The notes under the pieces were generated by a model that was not told where the DNA came from, did not search any database, and saw nothing but the letters and a program-made list of their open reading frames with translations. Positions 51,612-63,174 of a DNA stretch of 64,000 nucleotides are shown here, piece by piece; position 1 is the stretch's first letter, and the number at the start of each line of letters is the position of its first letter. Source of the DNA: Octopus sinensis (lineage: Eukaryota); contig NC_043000.1 of the NCBI RefSeq assembly GCF_006345805.1, positions 34,720,001 through 34,784,000 of the forward strand, given 5' to 3'. A program made the position numbers and the translations under genes.

Positions 51612-52060
51612 TGGCAACGAGCTGGCAGAAACATTAGCATGCTGGGTGAAATGCGTAGTCGTATTTTGTCTGCCGTTACGTTCTGAGTTGAAATTCCGCC
51701 GAGGTCGACTTTGTCTTTCATCCATTTGGGGTTGATAAATTAAGTACCAGTTATGCACAGGGGTCGATGTAATTGTTTGTCCCCTCTGTGTTTAGCTCCT
51801 TGTGGGTGGTAAAGAAATATATTATTATTATTATTATTATTCAAGTCACTGCTTGGGTAGTAAAGAAATAGGTATTTTGTCTGCTGTTACGTTCGGAGTT
51901 CAAATTCCGCTGAGGTCAACTTTGTCTTTCATCCTTTCGAGGTCAATAAATTAAGTACCAGTTATGCACTGGGGTCAATGTAATCGACTTAATCCATCTG
52001 TCTGTCCTTGTTTGTCCTCTCTGTGTTTATGCCCTTGTGGGTAGTAAAGAAATAGGTATT
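51612..52060 (+). mobile_element. SINE family B with tandem partial duplication
   Basis: The body (gtatttt..gttacgttc.gagtt..gtggg..gtaaagaaata) occurs twice (~51660-51820 and ~51872-52055), separated by (ATT)n plus caagtcactgc. Confidence 0.8.
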
Positions 52061-52169
52061 GTGTGTTGGTAGGGCACTCTAGATATGTAAGTACCAAACC
52101 CAATTTAAACTGTAGATCTGATTCAGGGTTGGTTTTAGGTGCAGTGTAGGTAAAAAAAACCCCACAAAT

Positions 52170-52361
52170 GAGGTTTAAAATTTATGACAGTTGTTTCAGT
52201 AGAATTTTGTTGATGTATTCATAGATTACATCTAAGCATAAAATCCACCATCTTTGGGTAAAATTTTAAATATGTATAAACACGTGAGATAATACCTTGA
52301 TGATGTAATCTATGAATACATCAATATAATTCTGAAACATCTGTTGTAAATTTTAAACCCC
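52170..52361. repeat. MITE-like inverted repeat (~60-bp arms, ~70-bp spacer)
   Basis: ttgatgtattcatagattacatc / gatgtaatctatgaatacatcaa is a 23-bp perfect core, extending imperfectly to ggtttaaaattt / aaattttaaacc. Confidence 0.8.
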
Positions 52362-52864
52362 ACTTTTGTTCTTCTTTATATCATCATCATCGTTTAGCGT
52401 CCGCTTTCCATGCTGGCATGGGTTGGACGGTGCAACTGGGGTCTGGGAAGCCAGAAGGCTGCACCAGGCTCAGTCTGATCTGGCAATGTTTCTACGGCTG
52501 GTTCTCTTATGTGCCACCGGCACTGGTATCACAGCTATATATATATATATTCATATCTTATTACAAGACTAAAAATGAAATTTATGTAGCCAAAAACACA
52601 CCATCATCATTTGCCATCAGTTTAACTCTGCTTTTCCAGACCTTCATGGGTGAGAAGGAATTTGTGGAGGCAGATTTCCTAAAGGAGATGCTTTTACTGT
52701 TATCAACCTTCACCTGTGTTCAGACATTTTCACGACAGATTGGAAATGAAGGCTACCTCTTGCATGATGACACTAACTTATGACTATTATGTGATGTCAA
52801 GGCAAGGAGACATTAACATGCACTCATATACATACATGTGTGTATGTATGTGTGTGTATATATA

Positions 52865-52907
<43 letters not shown>

Positions 52908-53149
52908 CAAATAAGAAAATGGAGAAACAAATTCAGTTTGTTTATCAACTTATGGATATTATAATGTTAGATTATTTATTCATTTTACAAATGAGAACAT
53001 CAAAAGCATACAAAATATTATATAAATCAATAGATAATATAATAATACAAATACAGATTTTAAAAGTCATATTATAAATTATTGAAATCCAGAAATTACT
53101 TCTTACAGCTGTTTCAGCCTAGGGTCAAAAGTGAATCCAATTAACATTG

Positions 53150-53189
<40 letters not shown>

Positions 53190-53339
53190 AATGTGAGGAT
53201 AAAATTCTTTTCGAAAAAAATATTTTCTTGAAAACAATTTTATCAATGGCCAGCATATTAAAAAATACCTTTAACGGTTAAATTTATATAATTCATAAAT
53301 GAGGGCAAGGGAAAAAATTTCTAATGCCAAATATGCCGA

Positions 53340-53395
53340 AAAATTGGACATATTGTCCATTAACCATATGGTTAATGGACAATATGTCCAATTTT
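53340..53395. repeat. perfect 56-bp spacerless palindrome
   Basis: aaaattggacatattgtccattaaccat|atggttaatggacaatatgtccaatttt. Confidence 0.95.
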
Positions 53396-53411
53396 CAGCA
53401 TTATATATATA

Positions 53412-55010
53412 TCAGGTGTGGAAACAAGGATTAGAATCGAAGGGCCTCAGAGTCAATCTAGCTAAAACCAAGTCGTAATCAGTAGGAAGGTAGACAAATC
53501 ACAAACGCCTTCAGGTAGATGGCCCTGCTCGATCTGTAGAAAAGGTGTAGGTAGAAACTCTATAAGATGCACCAAGTGTAAGCTATGGACACATAAGAGG
53601 TGCAGCAATGTCAAATGAAGGCTAACTAGGAAGATGGTTTTTGTATGTGGCAGATGCTCAGGAACAATAAACACTGAAAATGCTCTGAGACCAACTTCCG
53701 TCACTTTCCAGGGAGAAAAACTAGAAATAGTTGATAGTTTCCGTTACCTAGGTGACCAAGTCAGCAGCGGGGGCGGGTGTGCTGAAAGTGTAACTGCTAG
53801 AGTAAGAATAGCTTGGGCAAAGTTCAGAGAGCTCTTACCTCTGCTGGTGACAAAAGGCCTCTCGCACAGAGTGAAAGGCAGACTGTATGATGCGTGTGTA
53901 CGAACAGCCATGCTACATGGCAGTGAAACATGGGCCGTGACTGCTGAGGATATACGTAAGCTCGCAAGAAATGAAGCCAGTATGCTCCGATGGATGTGTA
54001 ATGTCAGTGTTCATAATCGACAGAGTGTAAGTACCTTGAGAGAAAAGCTGGACCTAAGAAGCATCAGTTGTGGTGTGCAAGAGAGACGATTGCGCTGGTA
54101 TGGTCATGTGGCGAGAATGGATGAAGATAGTTGTGTGAAAAAGTGCCACACCCTAGCGGTTGAGGGAACCTGTGGAAGAGGCAAACCCAGGAAAACCTGG
54201 GACGAGGTGGTGAAGTACGACCTTCGAACTTTAGGTCTCACTGAGGAAATGACTAGAGACCGAGTCCTCTGGAAGTGTGCTGTGCGCGAGAAGACCCGGC
54301 AGGACAAGTGAGTCCATAACCCGTGGCCTTCTACTTGGGATGGAGCCAGCCTACGTATGCATACCTTCCCTTCTGGGACACAAAACTCTACTTGTGAAGA
54401 CCTGTTGAGGCAAGTGAGGATCAGAATCGAAATCGATCAATGGAAATTGCAGATGTGTTACCAGTGCCGGTGGCATGTCGAAACTCTACTTGTGAAGACC
54501 CGTTGAGGCAAGTGAGGATCAGAATGGAAATCGATCAATGGAAATTGCAGATGTGTTACCAGTGCCGGTGGCATGTCGAAACTCTACTTGTGAAGACCCG
54601 TTGAGGCAAGTGAGGATCAGAATGGAAATCGATCAATGGAAATTGCAGATGTGTTACCAGTGCCGGTGGCATGTAAGAGAACCTTCCGTTTCGCGACCGT
54701 TGCCAGCACCGCCCCGTTTCGTGTCCGTTGCCAGCCTCGCCTGGCCCTTGTGCCGGTGGCACATAAAAAGCACCATCCGTTCATGGCCGTTTGCCAGCTC
54801 TGTCTGGCACCTGTGCCGGTGCCACGTAAAAAGCACCCACTACACTCACGGAGTGGTTGGCGTTAGGAAGGGCATCCAGCCGTAGAAACACTGCCAGATT
54901 TGACTGGGCCTGATGAAGCCTTCTGGCTTCACAGACCCCAGTAGAACCGTCCAACCCATGCTAGCATGGAAAACGGACGCTAAACGACGATGATGATGAT
55001 GATGATGATG
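53412..55010 (+). mobile_element. young 5'-truncated RTE-clade LINE: ORF2 C-terminal part (to 54311), ~700-nt 3' UTR, (GAT)n tail
   Basis: Reads WKQGLESKGLRVNLAKTK (frameshift), a Cys-rich finger with one in-frame TGA (53616), then ORF 53634-54311 with LEIVDSFRYLGD, RVRIAWAKFRELLPLL, KGRLYDACVRTAMLHGSETW, RRLRWYGHVARM and GRGKPRKTW, the typical RTE post-RT motifs. Ends ccatgctagcatggaaaacggacgctaaac(gat)n. Confidence 0.92.
54383..54674 (+). repeat. three tandem copies of a 98-bp unit in the RTE 3' UTR
   Basis: aaactctacttgtgaagac starts at 54383, 54481 and 54579. Confidence 0.95.
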
Positions 55011-55019
55011 ATACATAGT

Positions 55020-55385
55020 GGGATTCTTTCAGTTTTGATCAAACTAGGGCTATTGTAGAAGATACTTGCCCAAGGTGTTATGCAGTGGGATTGAGACTGG
55101 AACCATGTGGCTGGGAAGCAAACTTCTTAACCACACAGACATGTCTTTGCTTTTGGTAACAAAAATTATATTTATTAATTGAAATTCATCATCATCATGA
55201 TGATTTTGACATCTGTATTCCATGCTAGTATGAATTGGATGGTTTGACAAGGAACCAATGAGTCAAGAACTATATTGTGTTGCAGTGTCTGCTTTGGCAT
55301 GGTTTCTACAGCTGGATGCCCTTCCTAATGCCAACCACTTTACAACATTTGCTGGGTGCTTTTTTATGTGGCACCAGCACTATTG
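55020..55385 (-). mobile_element. SINE family A head (55020-55142) followed by an RTE tail repeat (55195-55385)
   Basis: gaagatacttgcccaaggtg..gggaagcaaacttcttaaccacacag; then catcatcat..ggatgcccttcctaatgccaaccact. Confidence 0.75.
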
Positions 55386-56068
55386 AGGTTACCATGTAGC
55401 TAACAAGTTAACAAACCCAGAGAGGGAAGATGCTGCCACTGTATGTTAGCGGGGGTTGGGGGTAAGATAAGTGGGAAGAGGTTGGGACAGAGCAGGGTCT
55501 TGTTGTAGAGGAGCTACAGGGCTACTCACATTTAGGGAAGAGAATGAGAATGAGTTAGAGACATCCCCAAAGAGACAGACAATCGTAATGAAGTGTCCAG
55601 GGGGCACCTCAGGTAGTAGGAGCAGAAGTAGGTGGGGGGATAGGCATGGAGGCGAGGGGAGATAGGGAAAGTGAGAGGAAACATCTGTAAGGATTGAGGG
55701 GAGGTGTATGAGTTGGGAGGCCACAGGGATACTAGTAGTATGGTAGTAAAGATACAATTATGAGGGGAAGAAGGATCAACTTTGGCTGCTATTTCTGATA
55801 GGTTGAATACCTGCTTAGAAGTCTTCAACAATGGAATGAATACACATCCAATTTGTAGATTGGACAATTACAAGTCAAATGGTTTTATAAGGGACAGTTC
55901 TACAGTTACTTGTTGTTGCTATGGGAACTCCAGAAATGTGCATTTCAAAGTTTTATTTCAAACTAATAAATATATTAGCTGGATGAATCATCTCCGACAT
56001 TGAACTTTAATCTAGAGCTGAGACAGCATTTACTGACAACTCAAAAATATAAAGAGTGGTTTATAATA

Positions 56069-56329
56069 CAGTTCTATATTTGAGAGATGAGGAATTATGT
56101 ACATTATTTACATTTGACGGATATTTGTCCTCATCTTGTTTGTTGTTAACACAACATTTCGGCTGATATACCCTCCAGCCTTCATCAGGTGTCTTGGAGA
56201 AATTTCGAACCTGGGTTTTCGTTCCTAACATATTTTTCAATGCTATTATTATTATTATTTAGGTCACTGCCTGGAATCGAACTCGGAATCTTGGGGTCAG
56301 TAGCCCGCGCTCTTTACCACTACGCCATA
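56069..56329 (-). mobile_element. full-length (~260 bp) tRNA-head / hammerhead-tail SINE-like element
   Basis: Minus strand: TGGCGTAGTGG (A box) ..GAGTTCGATTCC (B box) ..(AAT)n linker ..ttaggaacgaaaacccaggttcgaaatttctccaa, hammerhead motif, then the tail shared with 10903-10952 and 23248-23354. Confidence 0.85.
56148..56193 (-). ncRNA. candidate minimal type I hammerhead ribozyme
   Basis: gacac-CTGATGA-a-ggctg-gagggtatat-cagcc-GAAA-tgt-t-gtgtt. 5-bp stem II, 5-bp stem I, stem III ATGT (probable CpG decay of the ACGT seen at 10893-10896). Confidence 0.6.
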
Positions 56330-59300
56330 TAATAGTAAGATAATCGCAAGTGTTATGGTCTGAGAAAATAAGCTAGAAATCTCTCACTTGCCATTCTCAA
56401 AGATGTCCTCCATAGAATCAGCTCACTTTAGGTTTCAAACTTTACAGATAAGTCTGAAATGTGACAGATCATTACAGACCATACATTGGCATGCAAGGTC
56501 ACTCTGGCACCATGTAGATATATTTCTCTACAAGAGCATGTGTTTGTGTGACTGCCTGATAGTCGTAGCACAATAGCAGCTGAGTATAGACATAAGTAGA
56601 TCCAAACGAATCACAGAAGCTTTCAGATTAATGAATCAAAGTAGTTAAAACAGTGTAGGATCTACTCCGTACCTGTTACAATTAGGTGATAAGTAGAAAG
56701 ATGACAAATTATTGTTAGTTGAAGCTAGAAGTGGGGTTGCAAATGTGAAGAAATGTGCAGCCAGCTGTCACACACGTGTGTGTATGACTTGGTCAAAACG
56801 CTGCATGCTTTCGGAGGAGCCAATGTAGTTTTGAGTCGACAGTCACCCTGTCAACCCTCACCCATGACCCCAGTGGAACATTGATCATGTGACAGTAGGA
56901 GGGAGAGAGGGTAATCCGAGGACGTATGGCTGGTGCTCATTATAGCTGAGTAAACTGGAAGGATGTGAAATAAAGTGCCTTGCTCAAGGACACAATGAGG
57001 CACTTGCTCCGGGGAACCAAAACTATGTTCTTCAGATTGTGAACCGAATACCAGGCTACATGCCTTTATATGGAAATGGAGAACTTTTCAATAACAATGA
57101 GGAGTATTCCCCAAAGAATGAAAGTGAAATTCTTTAATTCCATTGTAAATATTGAGAAAAACAATTTGAATTTAATTACATCGTTAGTCTGTGATAAGTT
57201 GTATTAAACTTGATATTTCCACATTAGACAAATGCAATTTCCTGTTTTGAAAACAGTGAAAAATGGGCCATTCTGCAAGAAGACCAGAGTAAACAAAGTC
57301 AGCCTGGGATCCACAATGTAGTATGTCAGTCAAACCATCATGACACTCACAAGATGGGTTCTTAGTGATGATATATGCAAAAACGTGCAATAAAATATTC
57401 AGTGTCCAGAGGTGAGACACATTTCAAGTAGACACACACAACTGGCAGCATGGAAAATAGATGTTGATGACAATGATGATGATGATTCACACACTCATTC
57501 GCAAAACCCTAAAGACACTACTATGAAACATTACTTGTCACTCTCTTATCCATCTTAGATTTTATATATATATATTACTACCAAATTTTTTAAAAAATAT
57601 ACCAATTACCATAGCCACTGTCTGCTGTATGTACATGTGTGTGTGTGGGTGGAGTAGTAGTAGAAATATAAAAGAAAAGAAACAGTGCACCTGTGGTCGA
57701 AAGACTAGAGCATGTGTGTGTGTGTGTGAATGACTTTATGTCAATTAATCAGGTGGCTTTTTTTCAGGTGGCACTCTAAGATATCTGCATGGATATCAGC
57801 AGTACTATGTTTGATATATGAGTATGACACCGTAGTGGGTCTTCTTGTATCACTTCAGTTACCTCAGTCCAAAGACAGAAACACTGTGCATATACAATGA
57901 AACCCTGAAAGACTCAGTGTGTGGGTGTAGGTGTGTATTTTAAAACCAAAATAAGATTCCCCAATTAAATCATTATGCTACCCCTATACTTTTCTTTTTT
58001 ATTGTAGCTAACTGTAGTGTTACCAAGTGACATTTTCAGTTACAACTATCATCCTCATTTTCTGTATGCTTACCATGCTGGCATGGGTTGGACAGTTTGT
58101 CACAGAATTTGCAAAATGTTATCTGGAGTAAGTCGTCTCCAAGATGGACTGGAAAACGTCTCACTCCTGTTCTGTTGTCGAGCAAAGTGACAAATAGGGT
58201 GACGACAAGATGAGTTAGAATGACAGGGTTAACTAGGGTGAGATATGTGTGTGTGTGTTTGTACAAATAAATATGCACTACAAACATAGTTGCACAAAAC
58301 TAGAAATAGATTTTAAACAATCATATTTACATCCACAAAAGAGATAAGAAGAGTTTAAAAGCAACAGCAGAATAAATTCCACAACAACAAAAGAATTAGG
58401 AAAGATTTCAAAAATATTATTGACTTAAACCATAATCTTTGTGGCAGAATGTACCATTTTCTGCTGCTAATTAAATATTGTTGAAATAAAAACAAAGAAA
58501 TACTATCTTGAAAGGAGAGACTTCTTTCATTTATTTTCCTCTCTGTTTCAATTTAAATTCTCACTGCGACAATAAAACAACTACAACAAATGAAGACTCT
58601 GTCACTAAGGGAAATCAATAAAAAAAAAGAATATGGGATTTTTGTTTTTTATCCACCTGAACAGGTGCACAGAATAGTTGCTCTGCTGACAGAACAAACA
58701 TGATGTTTCGCAAAAAAAAAAAAAGTTCCATTTTTGATGAATCATTTAATAAGAACAAAGAAAGTAAATATTATCAGAAAATGACATAAAAGGATGTTAA
58801 ATTTTAAAAACTGTAAAAGATAAACCGATGATATAATGAATTATCTAATGTCTGAAAATGATACCTGTTTGTGTGTGTGTAAGAACATTTTGCTATAAAG
58901 AGAATAAAGTTTATATTCAGGATAACAATCTAGAACGTTCTTGGCAGAAAGATAAGAAGTAAACAGATGAAGGGATGCGAATCAAGAAATAAGTTTACAC
59001 TCACATTTTTTGTGCTCTCGCATTATTTAGTTGGTTCACAATATTTTTAATATTTGCATAAATTATTGTAGTAAGTACTTTTGTGTGATCACCTTTCTGT
59101 CCTTTGCAAACCAGTGAAATCATAAATGGGAATCTGTTATTCCAGGTTTAATAAGGCAGAGTAAGTGCTCTGTGTTAGGGTTAAAAGGATATACCCACCT
59201 GGTGGTATTGGCCAAATTATAATGAGTTCAATGTTAGATGGACTTTCGTGCACCATTTGTCATAAGCAGCTCAAATTAGAACCCAATAAATATGGTGAAT

Positions 59301-59611
59301 GGAGACAACTTTGGATTATTTATCTGAGACTTATTTTTGTTTTATTTCAATAACTCCACAAGAAGAGTTAAACTCATGAATGAAGATTAACAGAAAACTT
59401 GTAAGCTATTCAGATTTTTCAATGCTTAGTTTTTCTTCTTATGGGTAGTTCTTATTTACAGCAGAGTGGACTGAGCCAATGAAGCATAAATGTAGAATGC
59501 TACAAAACGTAATATTTTCATCAGCATTAATGTTTCAACAAAGCTTTCTATCCAGCCCCTCAAACAAGATTTCGACAGTCACCTGATCATTCAATATTTG
59601 TTTGTCTACAA

Positions 59612-60020
59612 GGGCGGCAAGCTGGCAGAAACATTTTACTTTCTGAGTTCAAATTCTGCCAAGGTCAACTTTGCCTTTCATCCTTTCAAGGTTGATAAAC
59701 TAAGTATCAGTTGCATACTGGGTTGATCTAATCGACTGGCCCCACCTCTCCAAAAAATTTTGGGCCTTGTGCCTAGAGTAGAAAAGAATATTTGTATGCC
59801 TACAAGGGCAGAAAACTGGCAGAATCGTTAGCACGCTGGGCAAAATGCTTAGCAGTATCTTGTCTGTCTTTACGTTCTGTGTTCAAATTTCGCTGAGGTT
59901 GACTTTGCCTTTCGTCCTTTCGGGGTCAATAAATTAAGTACTAGTTGCATACTGGGGTCAATCTAATCGACTGGCCCCCTTCCCAAAAAAATTTTTGGCT
60001 TGTGACTAGAGCAGAAAAGA
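59612..60020 (+). mobile_element. two tandem SINE family B copies (59612-59787 with internal deletion; 59806-60020)
   Basis: Both start ggc(g/a)g..gctggcaga and end cttgtg.ctagag.agaaaaga. Confidence 0.85.
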
Positions 60021-60349
60021 ATACTTGTATGCCTACAAATTTTTCTTCCACTATTTTTTTCTGGTCTTCCTCAGCTTTAGACCCATACTAAGGACAGTGC
60101 ATGGGACTGTTTCCCTAAAATGTTTTAGTCCTTACATAAGCTTCTCAGCTGTAACATCGCTCCTGCGTGTCTACATTGGTTGATGCTTTTTAATGCCAAG
60201 ATACTAACTCCATATCAGCATGGACAGCTGTGACTTTAGTAGAATATATATAATTAATAAATCAACAGGATATAATTTTAAACCTTGACCTATGGAAATG
60301 GTTTTATTTCAAATTGAAAGTATTATATTAAGAATTAACTGTGTTAATT

Positions 60350-60642
60350 CATGGTATCAACCAGACTATCGGATGTTGTTATACACTGCTGGTCACAATG
60401 TGCTTTGCATTGTTTTAGCTTTAGGATGATGCCACCCCACTGGCTAGGTGAGCAGACTAACATTCCCCTGATCAGAGGACTATTTTGTCACAGGGTGGAC
60501 CCAGTTACAGCTGAGTGGACTGAAACAACATGGAATGAAGGTGTTTTGCTCAAGAACACAACACACCACCTAGTCTGGGAATTGAACCCATGATTAGTGA
60601 TCATGGGTGCGATGACCTAACCACTAGGCCATGTGCCTTCAC
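60350..60642 (-). mobile_element. tRNA-headed SINE family C
   Basis: The minus strand begins gtgaaggcacatggcctagtggttagg..gggttcaattcccag (A/B-box-like), then gtgttcttgagcaaaacac. Related fragments at ~30290-30350 and ~56930-57060. Confidence 0.65.
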
Positions 60643-61029
60643 TAATTGCATTAATTAGCTGTAATAAATTAGGGTGTAAAGCTTCCGATCAGTAGATATC
60701 TTTCAAATAGTTTTCTATGGATGCCACTATATTAAAACTGAATTTGCTGTTTACAAAAAAACTGAACAGAACATATTTACTAGAAACATTATTAAGGATT
60801 CACTAAAAAAAATTGATATCAACTGCATTAGTCTATGTTTGCTTTCCATGCTGGCATGGGTCAGATTATATGCGATTCAGATTAGAAAAGTGTGAAGAAA
60901 ATAAGGAAGATGAATATCAATTAAACTAAAGAATTTGAGAAAAGAGAACTGGAATGAACTATTCAGGGGGAAAAAAATGAACCAGACAGAAGAACCAACG
61001 GAATGGTCTCAAATTTTGGCACAAAACCA

Positions 61030-61235
61030 GCAATTTTAGGGAGAGGATAAGTCAATTGCATTGACCCCCTACCCCCACTCCCATAGCTGGGCTGCTACTT
61101 ATTTTATTGATTCCAAAAGGATAAAGGGCAAAGTTGACCCTGGTGGCATTTGAACTCAGAAGGCAGAAATGGATGAAATGCTGTGAAGCATTTTGTCCAG
61201 TTTGCAAACGGTTCTGCCAGCTTGCCATCTTACAA
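61030..61235 (-). mobile_element. SINE family B
   Basis: aaaggataaagggcaaagttgacc.tggtggcatttgaactcagaa..ttctgccagcttgcc is the reverse complement of family B. Confidence 0.7.
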
Positions 61236-61540
61236 ACGAACAAATATATTAAAATGCAGCATTATACATGCATTAGACAAATACTTAAAACACAATTAAA
61301 TGGGGGAAAAGCTGGCACATAAACAGCACCATCCGAACGTGGTCAATGCCAGCCACCCCTACCCTGACTGGCTCCTGGTCTGTAGTATGTAAAAAGCACC
61401 ATCCGAACATGGCCTGACTGGCTCCTGGGTCAGTAGCATGTAAAAACCACCATCCGAATGTGGTCGGTGCCAGCCACTTCAGCCCCGACTCTTAAAAGTA
61501 TCTAAAGTCAGACTACAGCAGCATCTTGTTAAGAATATAT

Positions 61541-61770
61541 ATTCTTTTATTTGTTTCAGTCATTTGACTGTGGCCATGCTGGAGCACCGCCTTTAGTTGA
61601 AGAAACTGATCGCACAGCTTATTCTTTTTAAGCCTAGTACTTTTGCCGAACTGCTAGGTTACAGGGACGTAAACACATCACAATCGGTTGTCAAGCGATG
61701 TTGGGGGGAACAAACACAGACATGCACACACACATATACATACATATATATATGTATGTGTGTGCGTGTT

Positions 61771-61807
<37 letters not shown>

Positions 61808-61950
61808 GGTTTCTTTAAGTTTATGTCTAACAAATCCACTCACAAGGCTTTGGTCGGCTTGTGGCTATTGTACTGCAAGGTGCCATGCAGTAGGACTGAA
61901 CCCGGAACGATGTGGTTGTTAAGCAAGCTACTTACCACACAGCCACTCCT
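61541..61950 (-). mobile_element. full-length SINE family A
   Basis: Colinear with the other family A copies. Confidence 0.85.
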
Positions 61951-62607
61951 GTGACTATATGTATTTAAAAAAAAAATGAACCAAAAAAACAAACAAATAT
62001 TAATAACTAGACATCACAAACAAAAGAAAGAAAACTGTGTTCTGTTTTGAAAGAAACGAAATAATAGAAACCAGAGACTTTGAAGTGACTGACAGTATGA
62101 AGCAGAATGATAAATCTCATGGAAAAGTTTGAAAGCTAAAATTAAAGTACCATGCTAAAATGATGGTGAGAAAAATCCCAAGTTTTTAATTAAAAAAGAC
62201 TTGAATGGGGTTGATACAGACAAAGACAGTTTGCAATTCTCGGTTGTGGAATGCATGGCTAAAAACAAGGATTCTTGCTTGTAAGACAGAATAAAAACAT
62301 TTGCACAGAAACCACCAAAATCCTGTAATGCAGCAGAATACAGTGAGAATGTGAAGAATATGGAGATTTACAGAAGAAACGATGACATGCATAGTTTCTC
62401 ACTCTTATCCAAGAATAGGTACAACCTGCAGGTACGACAGGGTTGGGATTTATAGTCCCAGACTGGTTTTAACATACACCAGGAAAAGTAAAATTCTGAG
62501 AGGCTGACAAAGCTACCATATCCTGGAGTACGTCAAAAGACCTGTTACTTGTGGCAATGGAAAGCAGGAAAAGACATGCTTATTCACCAAAGTATCAATT
62601 CCAACAG

Positions 62608-62893
62608 ATCATCATCATCATCGTTTAATGTCCGCTTTCCATGTTAGCATGGGTTGGACGATTTGACTGAGGTCTGGCGAACCAGATAGCTGCACCTGAC
62701 TCCAATCTGATCTGGCAGAGTTTCTACAGCTGGATGCTCTTCCTAACGCCAACCACTTCGAGAGTGTAGTGGATGCTTTTATGTGCCACCAGCATGAGGG
62801 CCAGTCAGGCGGTACTGGCAATGGCCACGCTCAAGTGCTGCTTTTTATGTGCCACCTGCACAGGAGCCAGTCCAGCAGCACTGGCAACGACCT
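62608..62893 (-). mobile_element. RTE 3' UTR-derived repeat
   Basis: catcatcatcatcgtttaatgtccgctttccatgttagcatggg..cctaacgccaaccacttcgagagtgtagtg plus hairpin units. Confidence 0.85.
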
Positions 62894-63174
62894 AAATGAG
62901 AATTTATTTGGAATGAGACCTAACCAAAATGTGTGAGCTGAAAAGAGAAACAATCCCAATTAAAAAACATTCAGGAATGATAAAAAGCATTTTCATTACC
63001 TTAATAACAACAATAACATTTATCAAGTGGTAAAGATCTGAAATTAGAGATAACCTGAATATAGAGGTTAAAACTCTCCCGATAACAAAAGGTACTCTGA
63101 GAATAATGCACACATACATACAAAAAAAGACAAATACACAACCTAAGGTCTATGACTTACAAATATACACAACT

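Noticed and set aside
54910-54930. CTGATGA followed by the hairpin aagcc-ttct-ggctt in the RTE tail
   Set aside because: No GAAA box or UH site follows, and other RTE tail copies do not conserve CTGATGA.
56262-56329. tRNA-like sequences (here and at the SINE heads)
   Set aside because: A/B boxes are present but acceptor stems are incomplete and each is fused to a repeat body. Treated as SINE heads, not tRNA genes.
56790-56860. CCAAT-like promoter motif in a relatively CpG-containing unique stretch
   Set aside because: A short motif alone is not evidence of a promoter, and no associated gene was identified.
59165-59353. ORF with a CTICHKQL motif
   Set aside because: A single CxxC with no further zinc ligands in the right spacing, and no supporting homology.
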